Shown here piece by piece: positions 1 through 12,721 of a stretch of DNA of 64,000 nt (its first letter is position 1; each line of letters begins with the position of its first letter). The notes under the pieces were generated by a model. The model saw only the letters and a program-made list of their open reading frames with translations, was not told where the DNA came from and did no database searches. Made by a program: the position numbers and the translations under genes. Source of the DNA: Hypanus sabinus (Eukaryota); assembly GCF_030144855.1 (NCBI RefSeq), contig NC_082720.1, forward strand, positions 66,092,001 through 66,156,000, written 5' to 3'.

Positions 1-311
1 CCAGAACAGAACACAATATTCCAAGTGAGGTCTAACCAGAGTTTTATAGAGCTACAATATTTCCTCACCTTTTGATCTCAATACCCTGACTAATAAAAGC
101 CAACACTTTATATGCCCTCTTAATTTCCCTATCAAATATAACTTTTGAAATGATTGTGAACTTGTTAAGTTCCCATTTTCAATTTCCTTCAGTTTCCTTT
201 CTCAGTCGACATTTTCACTCTGTGCTAATGATGTCTGAATCCTGAACTGGAAAGGAAGAGGATGGTGTCTGTTTGTTCAGTTTCACAAGTGGTAAATACT
301 GTGCAGAGAGC

Positions 312-399
312 ATGGGAGGCACTCAGCTTGTTATGTTTTGTTGTGCTCTGAGTTTTGCTGCTTGGTCTCTAGACTCCTTCAATGGTCTGTTTCACCAAG
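312..399 (+). CDS. Candidate signal-peptide exon of an otherwise unrecognised receptor gene (MGGTQLVMFCCALSFAAWSLDSFNGLFHQ)
   Basis: ATG in good Kozak context (gagagcATGG), hydrophobic core, phase-1 donor CAAG|GTAGGT; 88 nt, same length as the leader at 21032-21119 but no sequence similarity; no intact downstream Ig exon found. Confidence 0.35.
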
Positions 400-599
400 G
401 TAGGTGACCTCATCTAAATTGTTGGCTTTTAGACCTTTTCCTCTTATGAATTTTTCTGTTGAAATCTACCTCTCTTCAGGTTAAACTGGGGCATCATTTA
501 ATTTTGTTTCATGATCATTTCCTTAACTAGTTGATCAAGGAATATTCTCAGGTGATCTCTTCACACTACTTGATACATTTTTAATTTGGCCAGCAAAGG

Positions 600-1190
600 A
601 AGAATATCAAAGCTCACTGCAGGTTTTGGACCAACTGGGAAAATGAAATGATAAATTGCAGATGGAATTTAATGCAGGAAAGTGTGAGGTGTTATGCTTT
701 GGCAGGACAAAGCAGAATAGATCTTACCCAGTTTGCAGAGGGGCACAGAGAAGAGTGGTAGGACATAGGGTTCTGGGAATACAGGTCATTCATTCCTTGA
801 TAGTGCTTTCACAGAGGGATAGTGTCATTAAGAGATCTTTTGGCATATTGGCCTTCATAAATCCAAGTATTGAGTACAGGAGTTGGGATGTTATGTTGAA
901 GTTGAGTAAGACATTGTTGAATGCCAAATTTGGAGTATTGTATGCAGTTCTTGTCACCTACCTACAGAAAACATATCACTAGGATTAACGCTCTACGGAG
1001 AAGATTTACAAAGATGTTGCTGGGAATGGAGGACGTGAGTTATAGGGAAAGTTTGAATATGTTAAGAATTTATTCCTTGGTGTGCAGGTGAATAAGAAGA
1101 AATCTTATCAAGATATACAAATTTATGAGGGGCATTGATAGGGAAAATATATGCGTGCTGTTTCTCCTGAGGTTGGGTAAAACCAGAACA
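600..1190 (+). mobile_element. Degraded CR1 LINE 3' fragment
   Basis: ORF 656-982 has QMEFNAGKCEVLCFG and IEYRSWDVMLKL, typical of the CR1 ORF2 C-terminus. Confidence 0.85.
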
Positions 1191-1259
1191 CATTTCTAAA
1201 AGTCATGCATTTATGTGGTTGAGACCAAATGTTTCATCTAATATTAACCTAATTTTCAG

Positions 1260-1268
1260 GATTCCCAG
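1260..1268 (+). CDS. Candidate 9-nt phase 1-1 micro-exon (G-F-P) following the 312-399 leader
   Basis: aacctaattttcAG|gattcccag|GTaac; keeps frame with the leader. Confidence 0.25.
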
Positions 1269-1990
1269 GTAACACTTTGATACTGCTTGAGATTTCATTA
1301 TTCTCAGAGTTCTGCTGTCTGTTCAGTTCTTTGACTTTAGCACCACATATGATCCTGAGATTCATTTTCCTGCAAGAACTTACAGGAAAATAAAGAAATA
1401 GAACTTTGGAAGAACTCTTCATAAATAAAGACTGAGAAACAATCAATGCGCAAAAAGACAAATTGTGAAAATAAAAAAAGTAAATAATATTGATAACATG
1501 AGTTGTAAAATCCTTGAAAGTGAGTCTTTAAGTTGTGGAATTAGTTCATTGTTCAGGTGAGTGGAGCCTGATTGTTGAAGGGTAAGATCAATTTCTGTGA
1601 AAGTATCTCAAAGAGAAATGAGAAGTAAGAGTATCATAATCTAAATTCCAGAGAACTAATGAGTCAGTACGTAATATTTTAAGTAGGTTTAAGTTGGCGA
1701 CAGAGGGTTTGATGATTTCCCTGCTTTTAGTTTAGCTTCTCTGATGATTGATATGAGGAGAAAAAGAAGCAACTACAATTGAATGAACAGTCTGTGAAAA
1801 AAAGTTAGAAGCTATGCCAACTACATCTTCAGCCTTTATTATAACTGTGAGTTGTAAGAAACAGAATGTTGTCTGAGATGGTGCCATGTTCAACTTATAA
1901 AGGAACATCTGACAAACAGTCAACATAGAAAATGCACCCTAGGATAAATGTTTACACCAGTGATCAGTGAATAGATTTATTCACCATATA

Positions 1991-2543
1991 CACTCAGTAG
2001 CCTCTTTATTTGATACTTCCTGAACCTAATAAAGTGGCCTCTGAGTGTATGTTCATAGCCTTCTGCAGCTGTAACCTATTCCCTTCAAGGTTTGATGTGT
2101 TGTATGTTTAGAAATGTCCTTCAGCACTCCACTGTTGTAATATGAGGTTATTTGAGTTACTGTCACTCTCCTGTCAGCTTGAACCAGTCTGGCCATTCTC
2201 CTCTGAACTCAAGAGTTTTTGCCACTGCTGACTGGAAGTTTTTTCTGTTGTTTTTTGCACCATTCTCTGTAGGCTCTATGGACCGTTGTGTGTGAAATTT
2301 CCAGGAGGTCAGTAGTGTCTGGACAATTAAACCACCTCATCTGGCATCAACAATCATTCCACGGTCAAAGTCACTTTGATTATATTTCATCCACATTCTG
2401 ATGTTTTGTTTGAGTAACGACTGAACCTCTTGACCATGTCTGCATACTATTGTGCATTTAGTTTCTTCTTCATGATTGGCTGATTAGATATTTGCATTAA
2501 TGAGCAGGAATACAGGTGTACCTAATAAAATGGCCACTGAGTT
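1991..2543. mobile_element. Tc1-derived non-autonomous element
   Basis: Ends cactcagtagcctctttatt ... cctaataaaatggccactgag, preceded by TA; related copy at about 48170-48708. Confidence 0.7.
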
Positions 2544-3102
2544 CACATGCACATGTATTAGGGACTTGCTATGGTGTGCTGAACAGGGTATGACATGCAA
2601 CAGAAAACAGCAATATCCATCAGTTATAAAGAATTATATAAACATAATGTTAGAGGTTAAAGGATGTGTATGGAATAAAATGTGCATGAATATACACAAA
2701 CACCAACATATTTTTACAATGTATGCAATATTATAAGAAGTGGTTTAAAGAGTCTTCAGTGAAGTTCAGTGCCTAGGGTAATAGATGGAGGAGGGTGGAG
2801 GGATGCTTACTAGAATGATTGAACAGACTAACTGCTTTGGAAAAAAGTTTTGAGATTGCATGAGTTTTTCATTTTAATAGCCCTATACCGCTTTCCAGAA
2901 GGAAGCTTTTAGAAAAGGCATTTTTCAGGGTGGCTAGTCTCCGCAATGATTTTTTTTCATGATCAAATTGCAAACAAGCAGTTGAAGTTACCATATAATT
3001 TGTGAGTTAGCAGTCATTTATAACAAAGTGATGTAGAAATTTCTTCTTTCTGAGGGTAGAGAATTTTCTTCTGAAGGCTTGTAGAGGACAGAATGGTAGA
3101 TA

Positions 3103-5995
3103 CAGTGCCTATAAAAAGTATTCATCCCCTTTGGAAGTTTTCATGTTTTATTGTTTTACAACACTGAATCACAGTGGATATAATCTGGCTTTTTTGACAC
3201 TGATTAACAAAAGACCTTTATGGCAAAGTGAAAACAAATGGCTACAAATTGATCTAAATTTATTACAATTATTAAACACAAAATAGTTCATTGCCTAATT
3301 ACTCATTCCCTTCAAATCAATATTTAGTTGATGCACCTTTAGCAACAATTACAGCCTTGAGTCTGTGAGGATAGGTCTCTATCAGTTTTGCACATCTGGA
3401 CACTGCACTTCAATTTTCCCCATTCTTCTTCACAAAACAGCTCAAGCTGTGTCTAATTGCATGGGAATTGTGAGTAAGCAGCCTTTTTTTCGAGTCCAGA
3501 AACAAATTTTCAATTGGATTCAGGTCAGGACTCTGACTTGGCCACCTCAGGACATTAACCTGGTTGTTTTTAATCAATTCCTGAGCAGCTTTGGCTTAAT
3601 GTTTAGGGTCACTGTATTGCTGGAAACAAATCTTCCCCCAAGTCACAATTCTCTTGCAGATTACATCAGGTTTTCCTTCAGGATTTTGCCGTATTTTTCT
3701 ACATTAATTTTACCCCCTACATTCACAAGCTTGCTGCAGTGAATCCTCCCCACAGCACGATGCAGCCACCACCATGCTTCATTGTAGGAATGGTGTGTTT
3801 TTGATCATGTGCAGTGTTTGGTTTACGCCAAACGTAACATCTAGTCTGATGGCCAAAAAGCTCAATTTTGGCTTCAACAGACCATAGAACCTTCTTCCAG
3901 CTGGCTTCAGAATCTCCCACGTCTTCTGGCAAACTCTAGCCAAGACTTCATGTGTGCTTTTTCAACAGTGGCTTTTTCTTTGCCACTGTCCCATAAAGCT
4001 GTGACTGGTGAAGCATCCGGGCAACAGTTGTGCAGTCTCGCTCATCACAGTCACTGAAGCTTGTAACTCTTCCAGAGTTGTCATAGGTCTCTCAATGACT
4101 TCCCTCACTAGACTTTTTTCTTGCACAGTCACTCAGTTTTTGAGGATGGCCTGCTATAGGCAGATTTACAGCTGTGCTATATACTTTACATCTTTTTGAT
4201 TATTGATGTTAGGCCAAGGGATATTCAGTGATGGAAATCTTCTTGTATTTATATCCTGACTTGTGCTTTCAATAACATTTTTGAGGAGTTGGTTTGAGTG
4301 TTCCTTTGTCTTCATGGTATTGTTTTTGCCGGGATACTGACTCATCATCAGTTGAACCTTCCAGATACAGGAGTATTTTTACTACAATCATTTGAAACAC
4401 CTTGACTCCACACAGGTGATCTCCATTTAATTAATTTTGTAACTTATGAAACCAATTGGCAACACCAGTGACGACTTGATGTCTCATATTAAGGGGGGGG
4501 GGAATACTTAAGCAATCAATTATTTTGTGTTTTATATTTGTAATTAATTTTAGATCACTTTGTAGAGATCTGTTTTCACTTTGACACAAGTCTTTTATTT
4601 GGAGAGGCATAATATCATTAGGAATAGTCAGCATGGCTTTGTCAAAGGCAGGTCCTGCCATATGAACCAAAATGAATTTTATGAGAATGCGACTAAACAC
4701 ATTGATGTAGTATATATGGATTTCAGCAAGTCATTTGATAAGGTACCCTATGCAAGGCTTATTAAGAAAATAAGGAGGCATGGGATCCAAGGGGACATTG
4801 CTTTGTAGACCCAGAACTGGCTTGCTCAAGAAGGAAAAATGTGGTTGCAGACAGGTCATATTCTGCATGGAGGTCGGTGACCAGTGGATTACCTCAGGGA
4901 TCTGTTCTGGGACCCTTACTCTTCATGATTTTTATAAATGTCCTGAATGAGGAAGTGGAGGGATTGGTTAGTAAATTTGCTGATGACACATATGTTGAGA
5001 GTGTTGTGGATAGTGTGGAGGGCTGTCAGAGGTTAAAGCGGGACATCAATAGAATGCAAAACTGGGCTGAGAAATGGCAGATGGAGTTCAACACAGATAG
5101 GTGTGAAGTGGTTCATTTGGGTTGGTCAAGTATGATGGCAGACTATAGTATTAATAGTAAGACTCTAGGCAGTGTGGAGGATCAGAGGGATCTTGGGGTC
5201 TGAGTCCATAGTACACTCAAAGCTGTTGTGCAGGTTGACACTGTGGTTAAGAATGCATACCATGCATTGCCCTTCATCAACCGTAGGATTGAGTTTAAGA
5301 GCCAAGAGGTAATGTTGCAGAGATGTAGGACCTTGGGCAGGCCCCACTTGGAGTACTGTGCTCAGTTCTGGTCACCTCATGACAGGAAAAATGTGGAAAC
5401 TATAGAAAGGGTACAGAGGAGATTTACAAGGATGCTGCCTGGATTGGGGAGCATGCCTTATGAGAATAGGTCGAGTGAACTTGGGCCTTTTCTCCTTGGA
5501 GTGATGGAGGATGAAAGGTGACCTGATAGAGGTGTACAAGATGCTGAGAGCAATTGATCGTGTGGAGAGTCAGAGGCTTTTTTCCAGGGCTGAAATGGCT
5601 AACACAAGAGGGCACAGTTTTAAGGTGCTTGGAAGCAGGTGCAGAGGGGATGTCAGGGTAGGTTTTTTACACAGAGAGTGATGAGTGAGTGGAATTGGCT
5701 GCCAGCAATGGTGGTAGAGGCAGATAGGATAGGGTCTTTTAAGAGACTCCTGGATAGGTACATGGAGTTCAGAAAAATAGATGGCTATGTATAACCCTAC
5801 GTAATTTATAAGCTAAGGACATGTTCAGCACAACATTGTGGGCCAGAGGGCCTGTATTGTGCTATAGGTTTTCTATGTTACTTTGTTTCTATGAACGGGG
5901 TAAAAAAAAAGCCAAATTAAATCCACTGAGATTCAATGTTGTTAGCAATAAAAATGAACTCTTCCAAGGAGGGTGTATACTTTTTATAGGCACTG
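3103..5995 (-). mobile_element. Tc1/mariner DNA transposon (degenerate transposase, long TIRs) with a CR1 inserted in its right TIR
   Basis: TA|cagtgcctataaaaagtat ... atactttttataggcactg|TA; minus ORF 3723-3932 WKKVLWSVEAKIELFG..YVWRKPNT..KHGGGCIVLWG matches the Tc1 DDE region. Confidence 0.92.
4587..5860 (+). mobile_element. 5'-truncated CR1 LINE nested in the Tc1 element
   Basis: RT motifs VYMDFSKSFDKVP, PQGSVLGP, KFADD in ORFs 4581-5521. Confidence 0.92.
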
Positions 5996-6562
5996 TATAT
6001 TTAAGTTGGAAATAGATGAATATTTAAAAGATCAGGGAATTTAGGCTTCTCGAGAAAAGGACATATAAACGGAGATAAGTCAGCATTAATCAGCGATGGT
6101 CATAACCATCGCTTTTGGGGCAGGTTGGAGAGGCCTGTTGACCTGCTCCTGCTCCCCTTTCCTGGTGTTCTTGTGTATATTTATAAATCAGAGAATTAAA
6201 GTTTCAAAGGTTAATTTTGTTATCAAAGTATGCATGCAGAATACAACTCTGAGACTTGTCTTCTCCAGATACCCATAGAACTCAGAAAACCATATAAATA
6301 GTTGAAAGAAATTCATCAATCCCCCCCAACACAAAAAGAAAGAGAAACAAAAGCTCACAAATCCCAAACACCCCCAACCCCTCCCTTGCACAAAAACTAG
6401 CAGATCACCCAAACCCAAACCCACAGCTCACCAATCTGTAACAAGAAAGAATGGGTGAGAACACAAAAAAAACTTAGAACTGAAAGAGCCCAATATGAAC
6501 TACAGTCCAATCTATAAATCTCAGAATTTCTATAACATCTCTGAGAGCATCAGGACTCAGAT

Positions 6563-6675
6563 ACTCAAACTAGTGGCCCCTCTGAGGGCAAAAACTCAAA
6601 CCGGCAGCCCCTCTGATAGCAACGACTCAAACTAGCTGCCCCTCCAACGACAGTGACTTGAAGCAGCTGCCCCTT
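6563..6675. repeat. 31-bp minisatellite, about 3.6 units
   Basis: actcaaac...gcccctc units start at 6563, 6594, 6625, 6656. Confidence 0.8.
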
Positions 6676-6794
6676 TTAAATCTGGTGAAAAGTTCTTTGG
6701 ATGTTTACATGTAGTCTAACTGGTCCTGAGATCTTGTGAATTATTCAGAACAACAGAAGTTATGTATAATGTATGTGACGGGTTTCAATCAATC

Positions 6795-6948
6795 ATTGGT
6801 CATTGTCTTATATGATCAAAACCTTATTCAAATGAACTACATACACATCATGCAACCTGATTGGTCATAGTCTCATATGAGCTCCATACACATCCTGCAA
6901 ACAGATTGCAGGATGTACGTATGTGGTTAATATGAAACACTGACCAAT
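6795..6948. repeat. Nested direct plus inverted repeat (fold-back)
   Basis: Perfect 11-bp stem acatcctgcaa (6890-6900)/ttgcaggatgt (6906-6916); outer arms attggtca (6860)/tgaccaat (6941); direct repeat at 6795 and 6860. Confidence 0.7.
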
Positions 6949-7924
6949 GGGGCAACCGTTTCCTTTTTCAGGTAACTTATGAGGCTCTGTCAACCTCAGT
7001 TAAGTAAGTTTTGTGGTGATTCTGATCAACATTTTAAAGAGCCTTAAGAATAATTTAGCTTATGATTCTTAACTGTTTATATTCAGTATATTAGCCCAGG
7101 ATTTTTTTTGGTCTCAAAAGCATGTTAGACTGGTGTATAGGGCTAATGTGCGTTTGATGTGTGTGTCTTATTGAAGACAATGTATTGTCATTAATAGAGT
7201 GTAGTTTAAGAGAAATAGGGTTACAAGGAGTGTGTGGTTTCAACGTTTGTTGTAGAGGGATGAGAAAGGTCCTGTGGTGTGTTGTTGGTGAAATGAGGTT
7301 ATCGCAACTGGTAATATTAGGAAATAAGCAATGAGGAAAGACCTTAAAGTTGCAGCTCTATAAAACTGTGTTCAATTCTTGTTGCTCCATTATAGGAAGA
7401 ACATGGAAGATTTAGATAGAAGCAGAGAAGGTTTACCAGAATGCTGCCTTGATTAGAGATCATGTCTTATGGGGAGAGGTTGAGGGCTTTTCACTTTGTA
7501 CCAATGAAGAATGAAATGAAGGAGTGGACAGCCAATGGTTTGACCCCAGGATGAAAATGGCTAATACCAGAGGTATTTCTTTTGAATTGAGTGGAGGAAA
7601 GTTTAGGAGAGATGGCAGAGATAGGTTTGTTACACAGAGTGACAAGTTCATGGTAAAGTTAAGTACATTAAGAAGATTTAACAGACTCTTCAATTGGCTC
7701 ATGGTTGAAAGAAAAATGGAGGCCTATAGGAGGGAAGGATTAGATTGATTGAGGAGTAAAAGGTTGGCACAACAATGTTGGCTAAAGAGCCCGTACTGTT
7801 CTGTGTTCCATGTAAAAGGAGATATTCATGTAAAAGGATAAAAGTTCCAGATTCAGTGGCTGTAATTCTGTGGTTTAAGACTTTAGCAAAAATATATCTT
7901 CTAAAAGACTGCCAGACTGTATCT

Positions 7925-10223
7925 AGTATTAGGTAATGAACCAGGTCAGGTCACAGATCTGTCAGTGGGTGAGCATCTGGGGGACAGTGATCACTGCTCC
8001 CTGACCTTTAGCATTATCATGGAAAAGGATAGAATCAGAGAGGACACGAAAATTTTTAATTGGGGAAGGGCAAATTATGAGTCTATAAGGCTAGAACTTG
8101 CGGGTGTGAATTGGGATGATGTTTCTGCAGGGAAATGTACTATGGACATGTGATCGATGTTTAAGGATCTCTTGCAGGATGTTAGTGATAGATTAGTCCC
8201 AGTGAGGAAGATGAAGAATGGTAGGGTGAAAGAACCATGGGTGACAAGTGAAGTGAAAAATCTAGTCAGGTGGAAGAAGGCAGCATACACGAGGTTTAGG
8301 AAGCAATGATCAGATGGGTCTATTGAGGAATATAGACCAAAAAAGGAGCTTAAGCAGGGGCTGAGAAGAGCAAGAAGGGGGCATGAGAAGGTCTTGGCGA
8401 GTAGGGTAAAGGAAAACCCCAAAGCATTCTTCAATTATGTGAAGAACAAAAAGATAACAGGAGTGAAGGTAGGACCGATTAGAGATAAAAGTGGGAAGAT
8501 GTGCTTGGAGGCTGTGGAAGTGAGCGAGGTCCTCAATGAATACTTCTCTTCAGTATTCACCACTGAGAGGGAACCTGATGATGGTGAGGACAAATATGAG
8601 TGAGGCTGATTTTCTGGAGCATGTTAATATTAAGGGAGAGGAGGTGTTGGAGATGTTAATATACATTAGGACGGATAAGTCCCCGTGGCCTGACAGAACA
8701 TTCCCCAGGCTGCTCCACGAGGGGAGGGAAGAGATTGCTGAGCATCTGGCTAGGATCTTTAAGTCTTAGTTGTCCACGGGAATGGTACCAGAGGATTGGA
8801 GGGAGGCGAATGTTGTCCCCTTGTTCAAAAAAGGTAGCAGGGTTAGTCCAGGTAATTATAGACCAGTGAGCCTTATGTCTGTGGTGAGAAAGCTGTTGGA
8901 AAAGATTCTTAGAGATAGGATCTATGGGCATTTAGAGAATCATGCTCTGATCAGGGACAGTTAGCATGGCTTTCTGAAGGGCAGATCATGCCTAACAAGC
9001 CTGATAGAGTTATTTGAGGAGGTGACCAGGCATATAGATGAGGGTAGTGCAGTGGATGTGATCTACATGGATTATAGTAAGGTGTTTGACAAGGTTCTAC
9101 ATGGTAGGCTTATTCAGAAAGTCAGAAGGCATGGGATCCAGGGAAGTTTGGCCAGGTGGGTTCAGAATTGGCTTGCCTGCAGAAGGCAGAGGGTCATGGT
9201 GGAGGGAGTGCATTCAGATTAGTTGTGACTAGTGGTGCCCCACAAGAATCTGTTCTGGGAACTCCACCTTTTATGATTTTTATTAACAACCTGGATGTGG
9301 GGGTAGAAGGGTGAGTTGGCAAGTTTGCAGATGACACAAAGGTTGGTGGTGTTGTAGATAGTGTAGAGGATTGTCGAAGATTGCAGAGAGACATTGATAG
9401 GATGCAGATGTGGGCTGAGAAATGGCAGATGGAGTTCAACCCAGAGAAGTGTGAAGTGGTACACTTTGGAAGTACAAACTCCAAGGCAGAGTACAACGTA
9501 AATGGCAGGAAACTTGGTGGTGTGGTGGAGCAGAGGGATCTGGGGGTACATGTCCACAGATCCCTGAAAGTCACCTCACAGGTAGATAGGGTAGTTAAGA
9601 AAGCTTATGGTGTTTTAGCTTTCATAAGTCAAGGGATAGAGTTTAAGAGTTGTGATGTAATGATGCAGCTCTATAAAACTCTAATTAGGTCACACTTGGA
9701 GTACTGTGTCCAGTTCTGGTCGCCTCACTATAGGAAGGATGTGAAAGCATTGGAAAGGGTACAGAGGAGATTTACCAGGATGCTGCTTGGTTTAGAGAGT
9801 ATGGATTATGATCAGAGATTAAGTAGGAGCTAGGGCTTTACTCTTTGGAGAGAAGGAGGATGAGAGGAGACATAATAGAGGTGTACAAGATATTAAGAGG
9901 AATAGACAGAGTGGACAGCCACCGCCTCTTCCCCAGGGTGTCACTGCTCAGTACAAGAGGACATGGCTTTAAGGTAAGGGGTGGGAAGTTCAAGGGGGAT
10001 ATTAGAGGAAGGTTTTTTTACTCAGAGAGTGGTTGGTGCGTGGAATGCACTGCCTGAGTCAGTGGTGGAGGCAGATACACTAGTGAAGTTTAAGAGACTA
10101 CTAGACAGGTATATGGAGGAATTTAAGGTGGGGGGTTATATGGGAGGCAGGGTTTGCAGTTCGGCACAACATTGTGGGCCAAAGGGCCTGTAATGTGTTG
10201 TACAATTCTATGTTCTATGTTCT
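7925..10223 (+). mobile_element. CR1 LINE, long degraded ORF2 copy
   Basis: Fragmented ORFs with LGDSDH, PGNYRPVSL, YMDYSKVFDKV, WQMEFNPEKCEV; (ttctatg)n tail. Confidence 0.93.
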
Positions 10224-10919
10224 AAAACCTGAAACAAATTTAGCACACCCAGCAATTCACATAGCATGTATTCAGTCACATTTAGTCACAACATAACATG
10301 CAACAGCCTGTGCCAAGAAATTGATCTGCCTTTTTTTTTGGAACCCGGATGCTGTGAACATAGATGGGTCATCTGTGGCTTCATGTTAGTCTCTCAGATA
10401 AGTGTAGTTCTGAGTTAATACTACTGTAGTATCGATTGTGCTGGATGAGAAGATATGTGTCTGCCTCTTGGTAATGTAATGAACTAGATCAGCAAATTTA
10501 CAGATGATACCAAGATTAGGGACAGTAATGGACAGCAAATAAAGATGTCAAAGCTTGCAGCAACTTTGGACCGACTGACAAAATGGGTTGAAAAATGGTA
10601 GATAGAATTTAATGCAGACAAATGTGTGGTGTTTCACTTTGGCAGGAGAAACCACGGTAGGTCTTTATCAGTAAACTGTAGAACAGAGGAATCTGGAACA
10701 GGTTTAACATCAGATTTAATTCATATATTGTCTCTCATGCAGCACTTCCTTCAATAAGCATCTTTGCAGGTTTCTCCAAGGGTAGACACTCAACATAACT
10801 GAGTTTCAACTTTTCCATTACAGCTGACACTCAGCATAAACTGCCACAACATGAGTAATTCATACTATTGGTTGTCACTGCAAAATCATGTCTGTTAGTC
10901 TAGGTAACAGCTTTTTCCA

Positions 10920-11745
10920 GTAGTGAAATATCCCACTACCATCTTTCCATCTCCTCTGCTTGCAGTTATTTGCAGGGATCACTCCCCATGCCACTCCCTT
11001 GTCCACTTGTCCCTCCCCATTGATCTCCTTCCTGCACTTATCCTTGCAAGTGGAACAAATGCTACACCTGCCCCGACACCACCTCTCTCACTACCATCCA
11101 GGTCCCTAAACAGTCTTTCCAGGAGAGGCGACACTTTATCTGTGAGTCTGTTGAGATCATATACTGTTTGGTGCTACCGGTGTGGCCTCCTGTATATTGG
11201 TGAGAGCTGGCATAGACTGGGAGACTGCTTCGCCAAGCATCTACACTCCATCCACTAGAACAAGTGGGATCTCCCAGTGGCCACTCATTTTAATTCCACT
11301 TCCCATTCTGTTATGTCCATCCATGGCTTCCTCCTCTGGCGGGATAAGGCCACCTTTAGGTTGGAGGAACAACACATTATATTCCGTTTGGGTAGCCGCC
11401 AGCCTGTTGACATGAACATTGATTTCTGAAACTTCCAGAAATGCCACCCCCAACCTCCCCCCTCAATATCTCATTCCCTTTTTCCTCTCTCACCTCATTT
11501 CTCCAATCAACTTCCTAGCTACTTCATCCCTCCCCCTTCAGGTTTCATCTATCACCTGGTGCTTCTTTCCGCTCCCCCACCTTTTAAAACTACTCCTCAG
11601 CTTTTTCTTCTCTGGCCCTGCTGAAGGGTTTCGACCCAGAACATCGACTGTACTTTTTTCCATAGATGCTGCCTGGCCTGCTGAGTTGCTCCAGCATTTT
11701 GTGTGTGTTGCTCGGATCTCCAGCATCTGCAGATTTTCTCTTGTT
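10920..11745 (+). mobile_element. Penelope-like element 3' part (GIY-YIG endonuclease remnant plus terminal repeat)
   Basis: VWCYRCGLLYIGESWHRLGDCFAKHLHSI in ORF 10923-11258 resembles the Penelope GIY-YIG; terminal repeat recurs many times in the window. Confidence 0.8.
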
Positions 11746-11769
11746 TGCAGGAGGGAATTGACAAGTCTT

Positions 11770-12340
11770 TGAACATGAAGATATAATCACTTATGGTATC
11801 TCCCAGTGTTAGAGAAATTTATAGCTTACTGCTGTCTCAAATAACCATGGGCTGATGCACTCAACTAATGACCACCACTTCTCAATGGATCTGTTCAACT
11901 TTCTGAAGAGACAGCAGATTAGTGAGACACATCTCAATGCCAAATATTGTGAGTAATATCACTTTCTTTCATTTCCTCAATGTTGTAATCAATGTCTGTG
12001 CACTTTCTGCCAATTCAGTCTTTCCCTTGTAACCAGGATATTTTCTTGGCATCCACAATAAGCCTGATTCAGCAGACATCCCTTGGAGTTGCATTTACCA
12101 TTTTATTCTTTAACATTCTTCCAGCACTGATCCACATTAAAAATTAAGTCTCTTCTTAACACCAATGGCTGGCATTTTTTTTGTGGACTGTGCACTCTGC
12201 TGGGGTTGCTAGAAGACTTTACCCACAATAATGGCTAGAGGTCAACAGGACATGGTTAAAAGATGGGTGTGCTTATTAGTCTAGTCAAGGTTTGTTGATG
12301 CTCGGTGCTTATATCATATGTCTACATAATGATGTTATAC
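11770..12340. repeat. Copy 1 of an unexplained duplicated segment of about 550 bp (copy 2 at about 17650-18230)
   Basis: Shared colinear blocks: gagtaatatcactttctttcatt, ttcccttgtaa, attttat.cttt, ctgctgggg.tgct. Confidence 0.75.
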
Positions 12341-12721
12341 ATACAGTATAATATTATTGTGAGGAGTTTAGGTAGGGTAATTGCAAGTAGGCCTTTTCCA
12401 TTGAGGTTGATCAAGGTTAAAACTAGAGTCTAAGGGTAAAAGGTGAAATATTTAAAGGGGACTTGAGACAGAATTTCATCAGAGGATATTGAGAGTGTAG
12501 AATAAGCCACCAGAGGAAGTGGTGAATGTGGGTTTGATTTCAACAAGTATGAGAAATTTAGATAGGGACATGGTTGGGAGGGGTATGGAGGGCTATGATC
12601 CCGGCGCAGGTTAATGTGACAGGAAAATTAACAGTTTGGCATGGACTAGATAGGCTTAAAGACCTGTTCCTGTGTTGTAGTGCTCTATGACACTATGACT
12701 GTATGTCATCACATTCTATAC

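Noticed and set aside
1736-1846. Exon-like stretch with an acceptor and a GTGAGT donor
   Set aside because: Stops in all three frames and no recognisable motif.
6972-7003. Possible small exon VTYEALSTSV (ITIM-like)
   Set aside because: The putative acceptor cag|gtaac is equally a donor, its phases do not fit the family pattern, and no partner exons were found.
12040-12150. Plus-strand peptide LIQQTSLGVAFTILFFNIL resembling a V2R/OlfC TM3
   Set aside because: Not conserved in the duplicate copy; the similarity is short and likely chance.
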